From: the human T2T-CHM13v2.0 reference genome, Homo sapiens
Assembly: GCF_009914755.1 (NCBI RefSeq)
Contig: NC_060925.1
Strand: one strand, 5' to 3'
DNA length: 64,000 nt
Under the pieces are notes generated by a model. It did no database searches, was not told where the DNA came from, and saw only the letters and a list, made by a program, of their open reading frames with translations. This document shows, one piece after another, positions 16,917 to 29,536 of this stretch (within the stretch, counting starts at the first letter, position 1; every line of letters begins with the position of its first letter). The position numbers and the translations under genes are program-made.

Positions 16917-19900
16917 CAGAATGGAGCAATCTTAACCCTAAAATAACAACCTTTTGCCAGTACCACCATATGATACCATATGTGAAAGATTTATTCAGGT
17001 ACCTGAGCTTCACAAGTAACAAGGCTGGCATCTATTCTCTTCTCCAAAAGGCATTGTTTCCTCCTTTACAACGAAATAAACAGTGCAAATTATGTCCTCA
17101 ACTTTAAGTCAGGTTTGAAAAGAAAAAATAAAAACAAACGAATGCAAAGCAAGAGACTATATAAGGATGAAGGGACAGCACAGGAGAATGGAGGAGAGAA
17201 TGGGCATAGGAGAAAGGTGAGGGGAAGGGGGAGAGGGGTGAGGAATAGTGAACTTGGTAAGTCTGCTATTTCCAAAACCATGTTTACTGCAGTAAGATAA
17301 TGAATGAGGAAAACATTTTCATTTTCTTTTCTGACAGCTTGAGCATAAATGATAGCTGCAATAATATCAGAAATTATTGGGCATTTTGAGGAGTCTTGCT
17401 AGTGAGAAGCCAGCATTCCAGCCAATTTGAAGCTCTGGCCCCAAGGTGACCTAGAAATTTTGTTTTTCAAATGCAGGAATGTCAGCTGCTGGACTGAAAG
17501 TGATGTATACTGTCTAGTGGACAGCATGCTGGCCAGACACCAAATTTGGAGTGTCTCTCCCTGTACTCAGTTGTTCTTTACGGCCAGTGCTGCCCCCACA
17601 AAGGAGAGTTTTGTCTAAAGCCGACCAAAAACGGGGGTAGTGTTTAAGATCCATCAACACCAAATAACACTGAGTTTTGACTTGTCACCTCTACAGATTC
17701 TTCAAGAAGCTGATCTGAATCCAACACCTCTTGGAGTTAGTTGGGTCTCTTCTTCCTAAGGCAGTTGATTACTACTAGTTCTAATCTAGTTAGGGGCCTG
17801 ACTGAAGGAGGCCTAAAAAGTGCCAGGAATAAAAGCAGTCAAGCCTCATAATTTTATGTGTTTTTAAACAAGACACCCTCAAGTACATAAAACACCACAG
17901 CCATTGTAATTTAATCATCTGCTTATGAAAAAGACAGCACTCTAAACAGAAGAACTGATAAGGCAAATAATTTGCCTATAAGGATTTTTAAAATGTGTCT
18001 CTGACATCAAATGAACTCTACTGAGATTCCCTGTATTATGCCAAAAACCTACTGGCCAACATCCAAGACTGACTTGCAAGTACCAACCCTAATCCGGATC
18101 ATGAAGCAACATTACCATCACCTGTACCCTTCAATAGGGTGATATCCACTCTACCTTAACAATCAGAGTTTTATCCGCTGTACATTTTTTCCATAAGATT
18201 CCTATGGACTTCTCCATGGAAAACAGATCCCTGGAATCTTTCTGTGATTTGGAGGAACTCCTGTAATTTGTATGAGGATAGTGATAACGAGAGAGACATC
18301 AAACAAACACAAGAAATTTACACATCCCAGCTTTTCTGTGTATTCCACTTTGGAAACCAATAGCCTATGAAGATAAAATGGAAACAGCACATACATATCT
18401 TGAGTGTGTGTAAATCATCAGAGTCATATGCAATAAGTAAACAGGAGGTGTCATGAGGAGGGAAAACACCACGAATGTTCCCAGTTCAGAACACACTTTC
18501 AAGAACGATGCTTCAATAGTGAAGTAGAAGGGGAAATGGGCATGAGTCAATAGAACAGCAATTTCTCTATCCTTTCTCTCCACTGTTACTAAGCAATGTC
18601 CTATTGGAACTGAACTTTTTTTCTAAGTCTTCGATTGACTTCCTAATTAATAAGCATTGTAATCTAGTGTTTATTCCTTTATGAAGGCAGAGCAGTTGAA
18701 ATATCCTAACACACATATTCAACCAACACCCCTCTCCAATTATTGTGTTGTTCTTCACATTGAAATTTGGCCTCTACTGAGAAGATATTGAATGGAAAGC
18801 CCATATAAGATAGAAAAAATAGAAGCATAATGGACACACGAAATATGTGATGTCACGATCTATGTCTACACACAGATAAAGACCATTTGACCTGATAACT
18901 AGCGAATGATAAGCAAGGACGCTGTGTCTCTTTATACATTATCTGATATTATTTATATATTGTTATTTCTATCACAAAGAAAAACAAAAAATATATGCTC
19001 AGAGAATACAAGAATAGACAGACAATCCATAGGTAAGCATTAAGAGTAAAATGTACTGAAAGGAGTTACTTTTTCCAAAAATGCCTTATCAAGAAAATCT
19101 TTCTTTGACAAGTAAGTTATATGTGGTCACTAATAATAAGCAAAAAGCTAATAAAAGAAGGGAAAAATGAGTAGCACAAGCAGTTCCCAACTTAATCAAC
19201 AAAATAATCATGCTTTAAAAAATGAGGTAGTACATTCTCTTCCTGAAATCATTACAGTCTGTTAACTTAAAAGTAAAATTAATGGCGATTCGATGCTATA
19301 CAACACTGTGTAGAGTAAACCCAAAATTACCAATATGAGGCTCAGGTACACTAAACAGTCAAATAACTATTTCTGAAAGCCCTGTCTTCTTATTTTTTCT
19401 TTTTTTGTTCTCATAATAACTGACTGAATGACACACACTAGTTGCTGCATATTTAGTTTATTTCTAATGAAGATAACTATTAGGTGTCCAATCTACTCAG
19501 TCCTTAATCTTTTAAAGGGAAACAGAGAGGGAATACAATTGTTTAGCCTAACGGAAATAGCTTACTACTATAATTTTCCAACCAAAAGTCTAACTCTTCA
19601 CATTGTATACACCCATAAGATAGAATTCAAAATTCTCACAGCTTGCATATTACAATACTCAGAGTCTTACCAAACACAAAATATTATGACTTATTTGAAA
19701 CCACCGAACTCCCCCCAAAATATTTCTTCTCAAAACCAACTCTAAATAGAATAGACAGGTATCCAGTTATTTCAATTAACTTAAAAATACAATACTAATA
19801 ATTTAAACTCAAGTGGATTATTTTCCTGATTTATGCAGTTGGAATGCTTTAAGACTAACATAGAAAGCTAAGTTCTGATTTATCTTTCCCATCATACTGT

Positions 19901-21177
19901 TTTATCTCAGACACATATAAATGCATTCATAGGTACACAGTATAGTACTGTTCGCCCAGGCTAGAGAATAAAACAGCTAGCATTGTACCAGGACGCCTGT
20001 GCATCTTTCCATTAAAGCCATAGCAATATTCCCTCAAACACATATTCATCACTACCTTTTAATGATTCTGGGCTACACGGATGAAAAGTTTTGATTTAGT
20101 GCAGGTTAAAGTAGCACATAGTCTTTCATCTTTATTCATAATCAGCTCTGATCCCCCTGCTGAAAAAGAAAGAAATGCAAACATCTTGAACTCTTCAATG
20201 GGCTTTTCTCTAATTAAAGCCTTTAACAATTTTGGGGTGTTTCAAAGCATGACTTCCTTTTTACCATTGTTAGTGTTAACTAAAGAAATATTGCCCAATA
20301 AGCACTCCAGATAATATACTCAAAAAATCATCTATAAAATGCAATAAAAATGATTGGGGCAGAAGAACACTGCATCCTTAATTTTAGTAAGATTGTTGAT
20401 GATAACCAGAGTGAAGCTGCCTAAGCAATCACTCAAAAGCACATGTAATAGTTAAACGCATCTTTATTATGGTTGCTCAGTGTCTAAAAGTTTGTTGCCA
20501 GTAGCATTGCTATTAAATGTATAAGGCTGTCAAATCTATTTGTGGCCAAAAAAAAGCAACTCTGCAAGATAAATATTATTTAATGATTTAATAGGCATAC
20601 GGCACTAGAATATAAATACCCATAAATACCCCAAGTCATAAAAGTAACAGAAAGTAAAAAATAATTTAGGCTAAGACAAAAAAAGACTAGAATTGTTTAG
20701 TCAAGAACGAAATTAGTAAACCACATACATTTACACAGACACAGTCTCTCTTGCCACAAAATTGCAAAGTGGTCTATTTTTATTTCTAAAATGTGATATG
20801 CTTATATCATTATTATAACCTAAATGTTTAAAGGGGGTATAAGAAAAAGCTTCTAAAATTATTACGGATGCTACTAAATCATGTGTATAACAACCAAAAT
20901 ATCTGGAATGCCCAAACGTGCTGTCATTGCTCAGGACAGAATAATCTATTCAAAACCAGCAGGGAACACGTGAGGAGGCCTCATTTACTTCAGTGTGTTT
21001 CCCCACATATGCATCATTTGAGAATGTCAGATCACTTTCACGTATATAGTACATAATCACTGATGATCTGGGAAATCCACAAGGCCACAAAGTTGATACA
21101 TACTCTGATCTAGAGGGGGAAAAAAATCGAGAAAGCCGGAAGTTTCCCGTTTTCCAAGAAACTGAAGACATTCTTAC

Positions 21178-21255
21178 CTTTCTGTACACCAGCATGTTGG
21201 GTGATTCATCGGCCACCCCGTTGCTGGTCTGCCCATAATTATTCCCCTGGGCCAT
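21178..21255 (-). CDS. RGS7: Regulator of G-protein signaling 7, first coding exon portion (residues 1-26)
   Basis: The minus strand translates to MAQGNNYGQTSNGVADESPNMLVYRK, which I recognise as the RGS7 N-terminus (RGS6 differs: MAQGSG...). The ATG at 21255 is in strong Kozak context (GAC ATG G). The 78 nt end at a phase-0 donor AAG|GTAAGA (GT at 21177-21176). Confidence 0.96.
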
Positions 21256-21305
21256 GTCACCCAAAACTTGGTCCACACTCAAGATACAAGAATTATCAGT
21301 GTGCC
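21178..21305 (-). other. RGS7: RGS7 exon 2 (50 nt 5'UTR + 78 nt CDS)
   Basis: Acceptor gtctctctgaccctttgcAG|GGCAC (AG at 21307-21306) with a pyrimidine tract; donor GTAAGA. Confidence 0.9.
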
Positions 21306-22193
21306 CTGCAAAGGGTCAGAGAGACTTCAGTGAGATCCCAGTGGGACTCCCCTGATTCATCATCATCATTCACAGCACCCACCCCACATGGCGCGTTCTT
21401 ACAAACTGGGGCTGGCTGGAGAAAGTGACACAGGACATGGATTTTTTAAAAAGTGAGTTGACACCTACAATAACCTCAAGGAATTGTAAGAAATTGCAAT
21501 CTTCCAGGTAGAAATAGCCATTTGGTTATTGTTTTAGCTGACTTCATTTTCTGGATACTCATTTTGAGAAGTGTTTGATGCTCACCCTAAAAACTCATGG
21601 GTAGCATTTTCCTAGTACAGAGTTCTCTTCTCTCCCAATACTTGCATCTGAACTTGGTGATGTTTTCCCCAAAGGGTGGAAAGGCAACACCTGGGGGATG
21701 CGGTGGGGGAGTGGGGGGCGGGTTAGCACACTTTCTCCTAGGTATCTGTCTAGTGTCCCCACCTGCAGCCCATCAGAGAGGCCCATTCCCGGTGTCATTC
21801 TCCAGCGCACGGGCTTCCTCTCTATTCCCCCGGGTCTCCCACACAGAGCCGGAGTATATGCTTCGCCTACTTTCACCTGCCTGCGCTGCCAGCCACCGGC
21901 TGCTCTCCTTTCTCCCCACTTCGCTTCGGAAGTCCGGAGGTAATCCTGCCTAATTTTTGCAAGAAGACACCAGAATATGTCCCGGCAACAAGAACTAGTG
22001 GGAGGTCAAGCCTTCAGGCCATTTTACCCGGGTCACCGTGGGTAAAAGCCTAACTGCAGAAGCCTCCAGAGCAACCAGCCAAAGAGGAGAAAACAGGCAA
22101 GCCCCTGCTCCCCTTGCTCGCTCTCACGGCAGCAGCAAATGGCAGGCGAGCTTGTGCCCCGCGCCGCGGCGGCCGCCGGAGCCGGGCAGCAGT

Positions 22194-22214
22194 TTCAGCA
22201 CCGTGGACCGCGGG
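22194..22214 (+). promoter_or_regulatory. RE1/NRSE (REST site) candidate in intron 1
   Basis: TTCAGCACC-GT-GGACCGCGGG versus consensus TTCAGCACC-nn-GGACAGCGCC: perfect left half, canonical 2-nt spacer, one mismatch in the right core. Confidence 0.7.
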
Positions 22215-22377
22215 GTGCGCGCGGCGCCCGTAGCCCAGCCCCGGCGCGGGGCTCCCGGGGGCGGCCGCCCTGCGCCCGCGGACGCTCCCGCTGCGCAGAG
22301 CGAGGGCTGGGTGCGGGCCGGGGGCCGGGAGGGCTCTGGGTGGCGCTGCCTCCTCCCCGCCCGCCTCCCCTATTTAC

Positions 22378-22710
22378 CTCCTCCGCCAAGGTCACGGCCC
22401 CGCGGCGTCTCCCCTCCCGGGCGGGCTGGGTGCAGGCGGTGTCAGCTGGCGGCAAGCGGAGCAGCGAGGCAGGGTAGCTTCATCACACTCGCGGCGGATG
22501 CGGATTCCGCGCCGCCCCGGCTCTAGCTGCTCAGGCGACCGCCACCCTCGCCTCGCCGCCGCCCGTGCACAGGCGGCTCCGGCAGCCGCCACTCGCGCCC
22601 GCTCCCCTGGGCCGCCTCGCTGGCTCTCTCCCTCCTCCGCTTCTTCTCCCGGGGACTGGGACCAGCCGAGCGCGCGCGGGAGTCGAGACGCCCGGCCCGT
22701 GCGCGCGACT
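22378..22710 (-). other. RGS7: RGS7 non-coding exon 1 (5' end approximate)
   Basis: Donor GAG|GTAAAT (GT at 22377-22376) inside the CpG island, ~1.07 kb upstream of the exon 2 acceptor. The TSS is estimated from the position of GC boxes and the E-box; it cannot be read directly from sequence. Confidence 0.72.
22442..22483 (-). promoter_or_regulatory. uORF MKLPCLAAPLAAS* in RGS7 5'UTR
   Basis: ATG AAG CTA CCC TGC CTC GCT GCT CCG CTT GCC GCC AGC TGA, with G at -3. Confidence 0.65.
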
Positions 22711-22731
22711 GGGAGGAGGGAGGAGGGGACA

Positions 22732-22740
22732 GTCACGTGG
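22732..22740. promoter_or_regulatory. E-box GTCACGTGG (USF/bHLH-ZIP type)
   Basis: Extended CACGTG motif immediately upstream of the estimated TSS. Confidence 0.5.
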
Positions 22741-22990
22741 GACAGGGGCGTCCGAAGGTGCCGGCTCGGATGGGCTCGGCTCGGCCGCCGCCACACCGCC
22801 CGGGCCTCCCGGGCCTCCCCGGCCTCCCGCCCTCGCGCCCCTCGGGAGGCTGTAGTCCTGCCCCCGGCGCGGCCAGCCCGCGCTCCCGCACACCCCGCCC
22901 GCTCGCCCGCGCGTGTGTACGTGCGCCGGAGGCCTGGAGAGACCGGAGTTTAACGCCCAGTGTAAGCCGGAAAGGGAGGAAGGCTGTGCG

Positions 22991-23078
22991 ATGGGTGGGT
23001 GGGTGGTAGGTGGGTGGGTGGTCTAGTGAATGGATGGACAGATGGACGGACGGATGCACGGATGAATGGATGGATGGA
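22991..23078 (+). repeat. (GGGT)n/(GGAT)n simple repeat
   Basis: Degenerate tetranucleotide array seen directly. Confidence 0.85.
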
Positions 23079-23145
23079 GCCCCGTGCAAACCAAGGTTTC
23101 ATCACGTGCCTAACGACTCCGCTGAAAGTCCCAGGGAAGCAGATG

Positions 23146-23147
<2 letters not shown>

Positions 23148-23199
<52 letters not shown>
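23148..23199 (+). repeat. (TTA)17 microsatellite
   Basis: Perfect trinucleotide run. Confidence 0.97.
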
Positions 23200-23634
23200 G
23201 CTTAAATAACAGAGTAGAGAGATATTGAGACACCCTAGGAATGAAGGAAATGGCCAGGACCAAATGAATCATTCATCCCCGTTTGCCTGCGGTTTTCACA
23301 GCTTCTTCCTAAGTTGGAGAAATGGGAAACGATTTGAAAGCTGCCAACCGGAGGTGAAAATCTTGCCACTTGTGAAACTGAAGGAACATCCCCAAGGCCT
23401 GGCTTCTCCTTTTAACAGAAGGTGCTCAGAGGAACTTTCCTCTTGCCCACTGCCCTCATCCTCTAGCAATTTTCAAAGAGCTTCTGAGGTGCTGATCCTC
23501 CTAGCTATAGTCTTCGTACTGCTGCCACAAATTCTTCTGTAAGGATTAGAATGACATAAAGGAGACAGATCACTTTTGTCTCGGTGGTAGTAAAGCAACC
23601 TGTGCCTCTGGCTTTCAGGGGGAAGGGCTGGGCC

Positions 23635-23796
23635 GCTGTAAATCTAGTTTTCCTTCCTCTCCTGGGCCAGCTGTGGAGGAGAGGGAGGGAGAGAAGGAGA
23701 AGATAATCAAGATCAGCTGTAAATCTAGTTTTCCTTCCTCTACTGGGCCAGGTGTGGAGGAGAGGGAGGGACAGAAGGAGAAGATAATCAAGGTCA
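23635..23796 (+). repeat. 81-bp tandem duplication (2 copies)
   Basis: 23635-23715 versus 23716-23796, 4 mismatches. Confidence 0.95.
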
Positions 23797-24499
23797 GCCT
23801 TTCCTGACCCCTTGGTCTAAGCAGACTAGACCTTATTGGAGATAACACTTCTACTCAAACAGGGGTCCATGTGGACCAATGTATTACCCCAGCCCCATGT
23901 AGGTCTTGTCAGGTTTCTCTCAAGGAACAAATATTTATCTAACCTAGCCCCTGTTCCAAGTACTACAGGAGAAATATCATTGTCCCAAACTACACACACT
24001 CTAGTCTGACCTGTCTCCCACTCCAACTCCCCACATCTTTCCACTGTAGCCTCTGGAACTTAGAATCTTCTTCAGCAAAATTCTCTTCGTTTTCGACTTC
24101 TCGAAATATTTCTTTAACGTTTTTGCTCTCGCTGAAATCTACTTATCCCTCCTTTAACCCCTCTCTCTTCCCTCTTGTTCAGTCTGCTCCTGAGAAGTTG
24201 ATGTGACTTGCATGACTTGGATTAATAAATTTGCAAATACAACTGGGTATGCTCACTCAGTTTGACCATTTTCCTCTTAAGAGAGAACCGCCTGAAGGAA
24301 GCAGTCTTCCTCCTCCTTTGCATCTCTGGGTAAAGTTTCCATCCTCATAGGAAGCTGTACCCAAGCTCTATATATAGAGAGCCTATATATATATATATAG
24401 CTCTATTTATCATATATATAATTGGCTCTATTTAATTTATATATATAAATTATACACACACATAAACATATATATATATATAATATCTCTTGACACCCT

Positions 24500-25080
24500 T
24501 TCCACTTGTTGCCACCCTATTTTCCTTCTTCCCTTTATGCCAAAATCTTTCCATTCCATGTTGAACCTGTTCCACTTTGGCAAATGACCTCCATGGTGCT
24601 AAGCTGATGGTCAATTCTCAATTGTCATATGAATTGACTTTTCAGCATAAATTAACCCGGACACCACTCTCTATTATTTCTCTTTCTGCATTACTGGCTG
24701 CTTTTTCTCACTCTCATTGCTTGTTCCTCTTTGTCTTTTTGACCCCCAAATTCTGAAGCATCTTGGATCTTAGTCATTAAGCCTCTTCTCCTCTCAATTT
24801 ACATGCACTGTACCTAAAGTGACCCAATTCAGGCTCATACATTTTAGTATTTCATTATTAAACACTAATAACTTCCAAGTGTATATTTTTAACCAGGATC
24901 TATCCCCTGAAATCCAGTCTGTCAAATGCTCACTTTACATCTCCACTTGAATATCTAATTATGCCTGATTCAGCTTGAAGATAGCAAGGATATTGTCACT
25001 GCCTCAGATCCTAGGCATAGTATAGTTGCTGGTGCATAGTAGATGCACAATAAACATACATTAATGAAATGAATGGATGT
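24500..25080 (+). mobile_element. L2 fragment(s)
   Basis: Pyrimidine-rich L2 ORF2-like sequence ending in an L2-type tail (CATAGTAGATGCACAATAAAC...GAATGAATG-like). Confidence 0.6.
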
Positions 25081-25127
25081 ATCTAGTAACAGTAATCTGA
25101 TAGGTTCTTTTGTATTTTGCAATTGTA

Positions 25128-25405
<278 letters not shown>

Positions 25406-25599
25406 ACGTATTTTGTAATGGATTTTTTTGCATTATCTTATTTAATTCTTACTAATGACCCTATAGTTATAATAGTTATCTCATTTACATCAATACAACA
25501 ATAAGGAAGGAGAGGATCAGAAAGGTTGGGTCAACTTCCCAATACAACCAACATAGCCAAGAAGTGGCAGTGGTGGTTTGTACTCTATCGACTGCATTA

Positions 25600-26165
25600 G
25601 CTGGAACAATGTTTCTCAGGATCCTCTTGCCCGTATGCATGTAAGTGTATGCATGTAAGTACGGTTGGCCCAAAGACGAATTCTTGCAAGATTTGGGAAA
25701 CAGAGTGAAACAGTATCTATTCCTCTCTCAAGGTCTTTGTAGTTTGCTGTGACAACACATGCAGACACCTGGAGGGTTCTAGCATGTCCTGGCCCTCCCC
25801 CACTTCACACCCAGATCTTCCAAATTTCCAGCACAGCTGATCAACAGTAGCCACACACCCATCACAAGGGCCTTAACATGGATCCAAAGAGGCAGTAGCC
25901 AGGCAAAGACAAAAGCTTTTCACCGAGTATTCTTCCAGCTTTCTTTCAGGGTCCCCCTCCTGGATGTGGCAGGCCTCCCAGATTCCCCTGGAAGTTCTGA
26001 CTTGCCCATACACACAAGGACCTCAGGAAACCCAATAGTGACTTTCCTCAGATCTGTGAATTCCTTCTTCTGGAAAATAACCTTCTCAACAATTGTGTAA
26101 GTTCTCATAATACATCCCTGATTCCATTATATTCATAATGGTTCCACTTTCATGAAAGAGTGGCT
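25600..26165 (+). mobile_element. Old ERVL-type LTR (LTR33-like)
   Basis: Weak resemblance to recalled consensus only. Confidence 0.35.
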
Positions 26166-27629
26166 GGCAGAGCTCAAATCCAAGACTTCTGGGTTCTTTT
26201 CACTATTCTACAAGAAATCCAACTTAGGTAGATAAGATCTTGAGACAAATAGCTGCATGTAAGTGAAAAACTGAATGACAGTGTATGAACTACTGAAGGA
26301 GAGATTGACATTCAAACCGGGCTCTTCAAGGACTAGCAGGATATCTACTATATGAAGGGTGAAGGAGTTTCTATTCAGACACAAAGGGAAGAAATGCTGA
26401 AACCCATTAGGAAAATTACTAGTAATAAAAACATCATGTATTGAATTCCTGCTGTCTCTAACCATATTAAAAATAGTCTTACCATAGCTGACAAAACTTC
26501 CCTATAAGGTATGTAAGACACCAATGTCCTAGTTAGGAAACTTGGCCATGGTCGCACACCTTCTAAATATCAGAGTCTTGACTCAAATATGCCTGTGTCT
26601 GACTGTAAAGCCCTGTGAAAAATTATGCACAAATGCCTCCTAGCAACAGTATGAGTTTAAAAAAGCTAGAGTTCTCCCATCAAGGTGCCTCTCATTCTAT
26701 TTTCTCCCTCATCTGCCATCCTTCCACACACCTACCTCTCACCGTGCTCTCTGGGCAGTTATGACTCAAGATTGTTCGTGTCTAATTACTGTTGCCAAGC
26801 AAACATGAAGAAGGAAGGTTCAAGAAATAGCATATTTCACAATTTTTCTACTGTTATTTGTTAGTCCTCATTAGACTACTCAGAATTTGTGTTACTGTAT
26901 ATTGGAAACAAAATTATGTCTATCACCTTAACGTTTCTACGACTTGTATTTTTCAAATATAAACTTAGTGAATTAGACTAGGTCGTCTCCAAAAACCCAT
27001 CATAAGATTCAACATGTTCTCTTTTGTGCTTTCTTTCTAGATAATGGAGTCCTTTATGTTGTAAACAAGAATAAAAAAGAAAGTATAGATATTGTGGAGT
27101 AGTTTTTTTGTGGGGGGGGGTCCTTTCTTTAAAAACCGTGTGAATATGTGGTTCTCAATCATTATATCCAAAACATTTTACTATTTTTCTTGTAAGCCTT
27201 GTATTTTATTAATATTTTTGTCAAACAAATTAAATGGTAATAATACATCCATTTTACATGCCAGGCAGAACTTCTAAATAGCAGATAAAAGACCTGTTAC
27301 CTCATCAAGGTAATGAATTCCAGCCCAAACAAAGACATTTCAAGATTTTTTTTAGCTTCAGTAGCGTTACCTTGGGAAAAATAGTCAGTTCTTAAGATTT
27401 TGTGGAAATACAGGAAATAGTGTCTATTTTTGCAAATCATTATGGATATAGGAACCCCAAATCTATTGATATAGACTTGCTTTTTCCCTCCTTTTTTCAT
27501 TTAACAAAAACTTAGTCATGGATTTATTGTGCATGAAGCCTTCTTAGGTTTCTACAAAGATCATAAAGAAATATAACAGGTGATTTTTGTCCTCAAGGAG
27601 CAACCAGTCTCATTCAGAAGATGAGAGTC

Positions 27630-28440
27630 CTTCCTTTCTCTCACAGCTCACATGGAGTTCCATCAGTGAGTCCCACCGGGTCTACCTAGAAGCTGTATCC
27701 AGAATCTGGTCACTGCACAACATCTCCTCTGCTTCCTCCCTGCTTTGAGGCACCATTGAATCTCTCTTGGTTGAAGGCAGTAACCTTCTAACTGGTCTCT
27801 GCTTGCATCCCTTCCCACCTATGTCTGTTCTCAACATAGCTGCCAGCGTGATCACGGCCCTTCTCTACTTAAAATCCTCCAAAACACTCCATGTTGCATA
27901 AAGGGCAAGATGTCTTTAAAATGCGAAAGAGGCACTTCTGGAGCACTCTCTGCCACATCTGACCTCAATTTGTGCCCCTTTCCGTCTTATTTACTCTGTT
28001 CCAGCCACACTGCCCTCCTGGATTCTGTAAACATTCCAAGCATGCTGCCACCTCCAGGCATTGGCACTGGCTGATCCCTCTGCTTTGAATGCTCTTGCTT
28101 TACTCCAATGGCATCCTCTCAGTGAGGGCTACTCTATCCACTTTATAGAAAACCATGTACCTTCCCTGTACTCTGCTTCCTCCTTACACTGATTTACTTG
28201 CCTTTCAGAGCATGTGTCTCCTTCTAACATACTGTACAATTTATCTATGTTTGATGTCTGTCTCCTCCTAGAAAAATTTGAGTTCCATAAGGTCATAGAT
28301 TTTTCTTCTTCTGTTCACACTGCTATATCCTCAACATCTAGAACAAACTCTGATATATAGTATATATCAGAATATATATAAATTCTGATATATAGGTATC
28401 CAGTAATTATGTGCTGAGTTACTGGGTGATTGAGTCCATT
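27630..28440 (+). mobile_element. L2 3' fragment
   Basis: CCTTCTAACTGGTCTC, CCAGCCACACTGCC, GAGTTCCATAAGGTCATAGA motifs typical of L2. Confidence 0.7.
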
Positions 28441-29170
28441 AGCATGATTCTGTTTGAAAACTGGGTATACTGGAAGAACCCAGTCAACAACCTCGAACTG
28501 AACTGAATTAGCATCAGGTTCCCCTGTGGATGGAAATGATCTGCTCTTCCAAGCTGTTTCCTATGTGTCATAATGAGAAAGACTAATTCCTCTTCCTAAC
28601 ACACACCCACTTCACAGAGGAATGCTTTGAGACGTAATTAAATGGTAACGTGGAGAAAGCGTTTTGATTTTCTGAGAGAAGCACTTTATTAATTTGAGGT
28701 TTTATTGTGCGAAAGAATTATAAGTGACACGGGCAAGTACAGAGATGAGAACAATGTTAAAGGGATTATAGTGTTCACAATACTACATTGGAATTGTATG
28801 AGATAATTGAGTTAAGATTGATATAAGCAGCATGGAATAAAGCAAAATAGTTTGGGAAATCTTACCCCAAATGACAAGTTTTAAAGAAATATCTTCTTTT
28901 TTGTAATCAACTCTCAATTATTTACAGCACAATATCCTCATTAATGAATTATTCTTCGCTTTTACTATCCTTTTGTCCAGTTCGTGGCCATTTTTCTTCT
29001 AATTAGAAATTCCATACTAATGTCAGAGAGTTGATAAAGAAAAAAGAAGTAAAAATTAAGATTTGTCTTCTTCATGAGTTTATTCCTCGCTCATTCCAGT
29101 TGACATGTTTAAATTCTGATCTGGAGTATTTCCAAAATTACCCAATTTTAAAATGTCATATTCTTTTTAA

Positions 29171-29536
<366 letters not shown>

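Larger units (their letters stand above)
22120..22965. promoter_or_regulatory. CpG island / TATA-less RGS7 promoter
   Basis: Very GC-rich with dense unmutated CpGs and many GC-box-like motifs, in contrast to the CpG-depleted flanks. Confidence 0.93.

Noticed and set aside
20950-21282. 110-aa ORF as a standalone protein
   Set aside because: Only the 26 codons from 21255 are RGS7; the rest is read-through past the splice donor into the intron.
22038-23089. Many overlapping 86-162 aa ORFs on both strands
   Set aside because: Ala/Pro/Arg/Gly-rich products expected from stop-codon scarcity in a CpG island; no recognisable domain.
22999-23228. Poly-Tyr / poly-Leu ORFs
   Set aside because: Translations of the (TTA)17 microsatellite.
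22950-23600. Divergent (+ strand) lncRNA from the CpG island
   Set aside because: Plausible in general, but no convincing splice or poly-A architecture is visible; needs transcript data.
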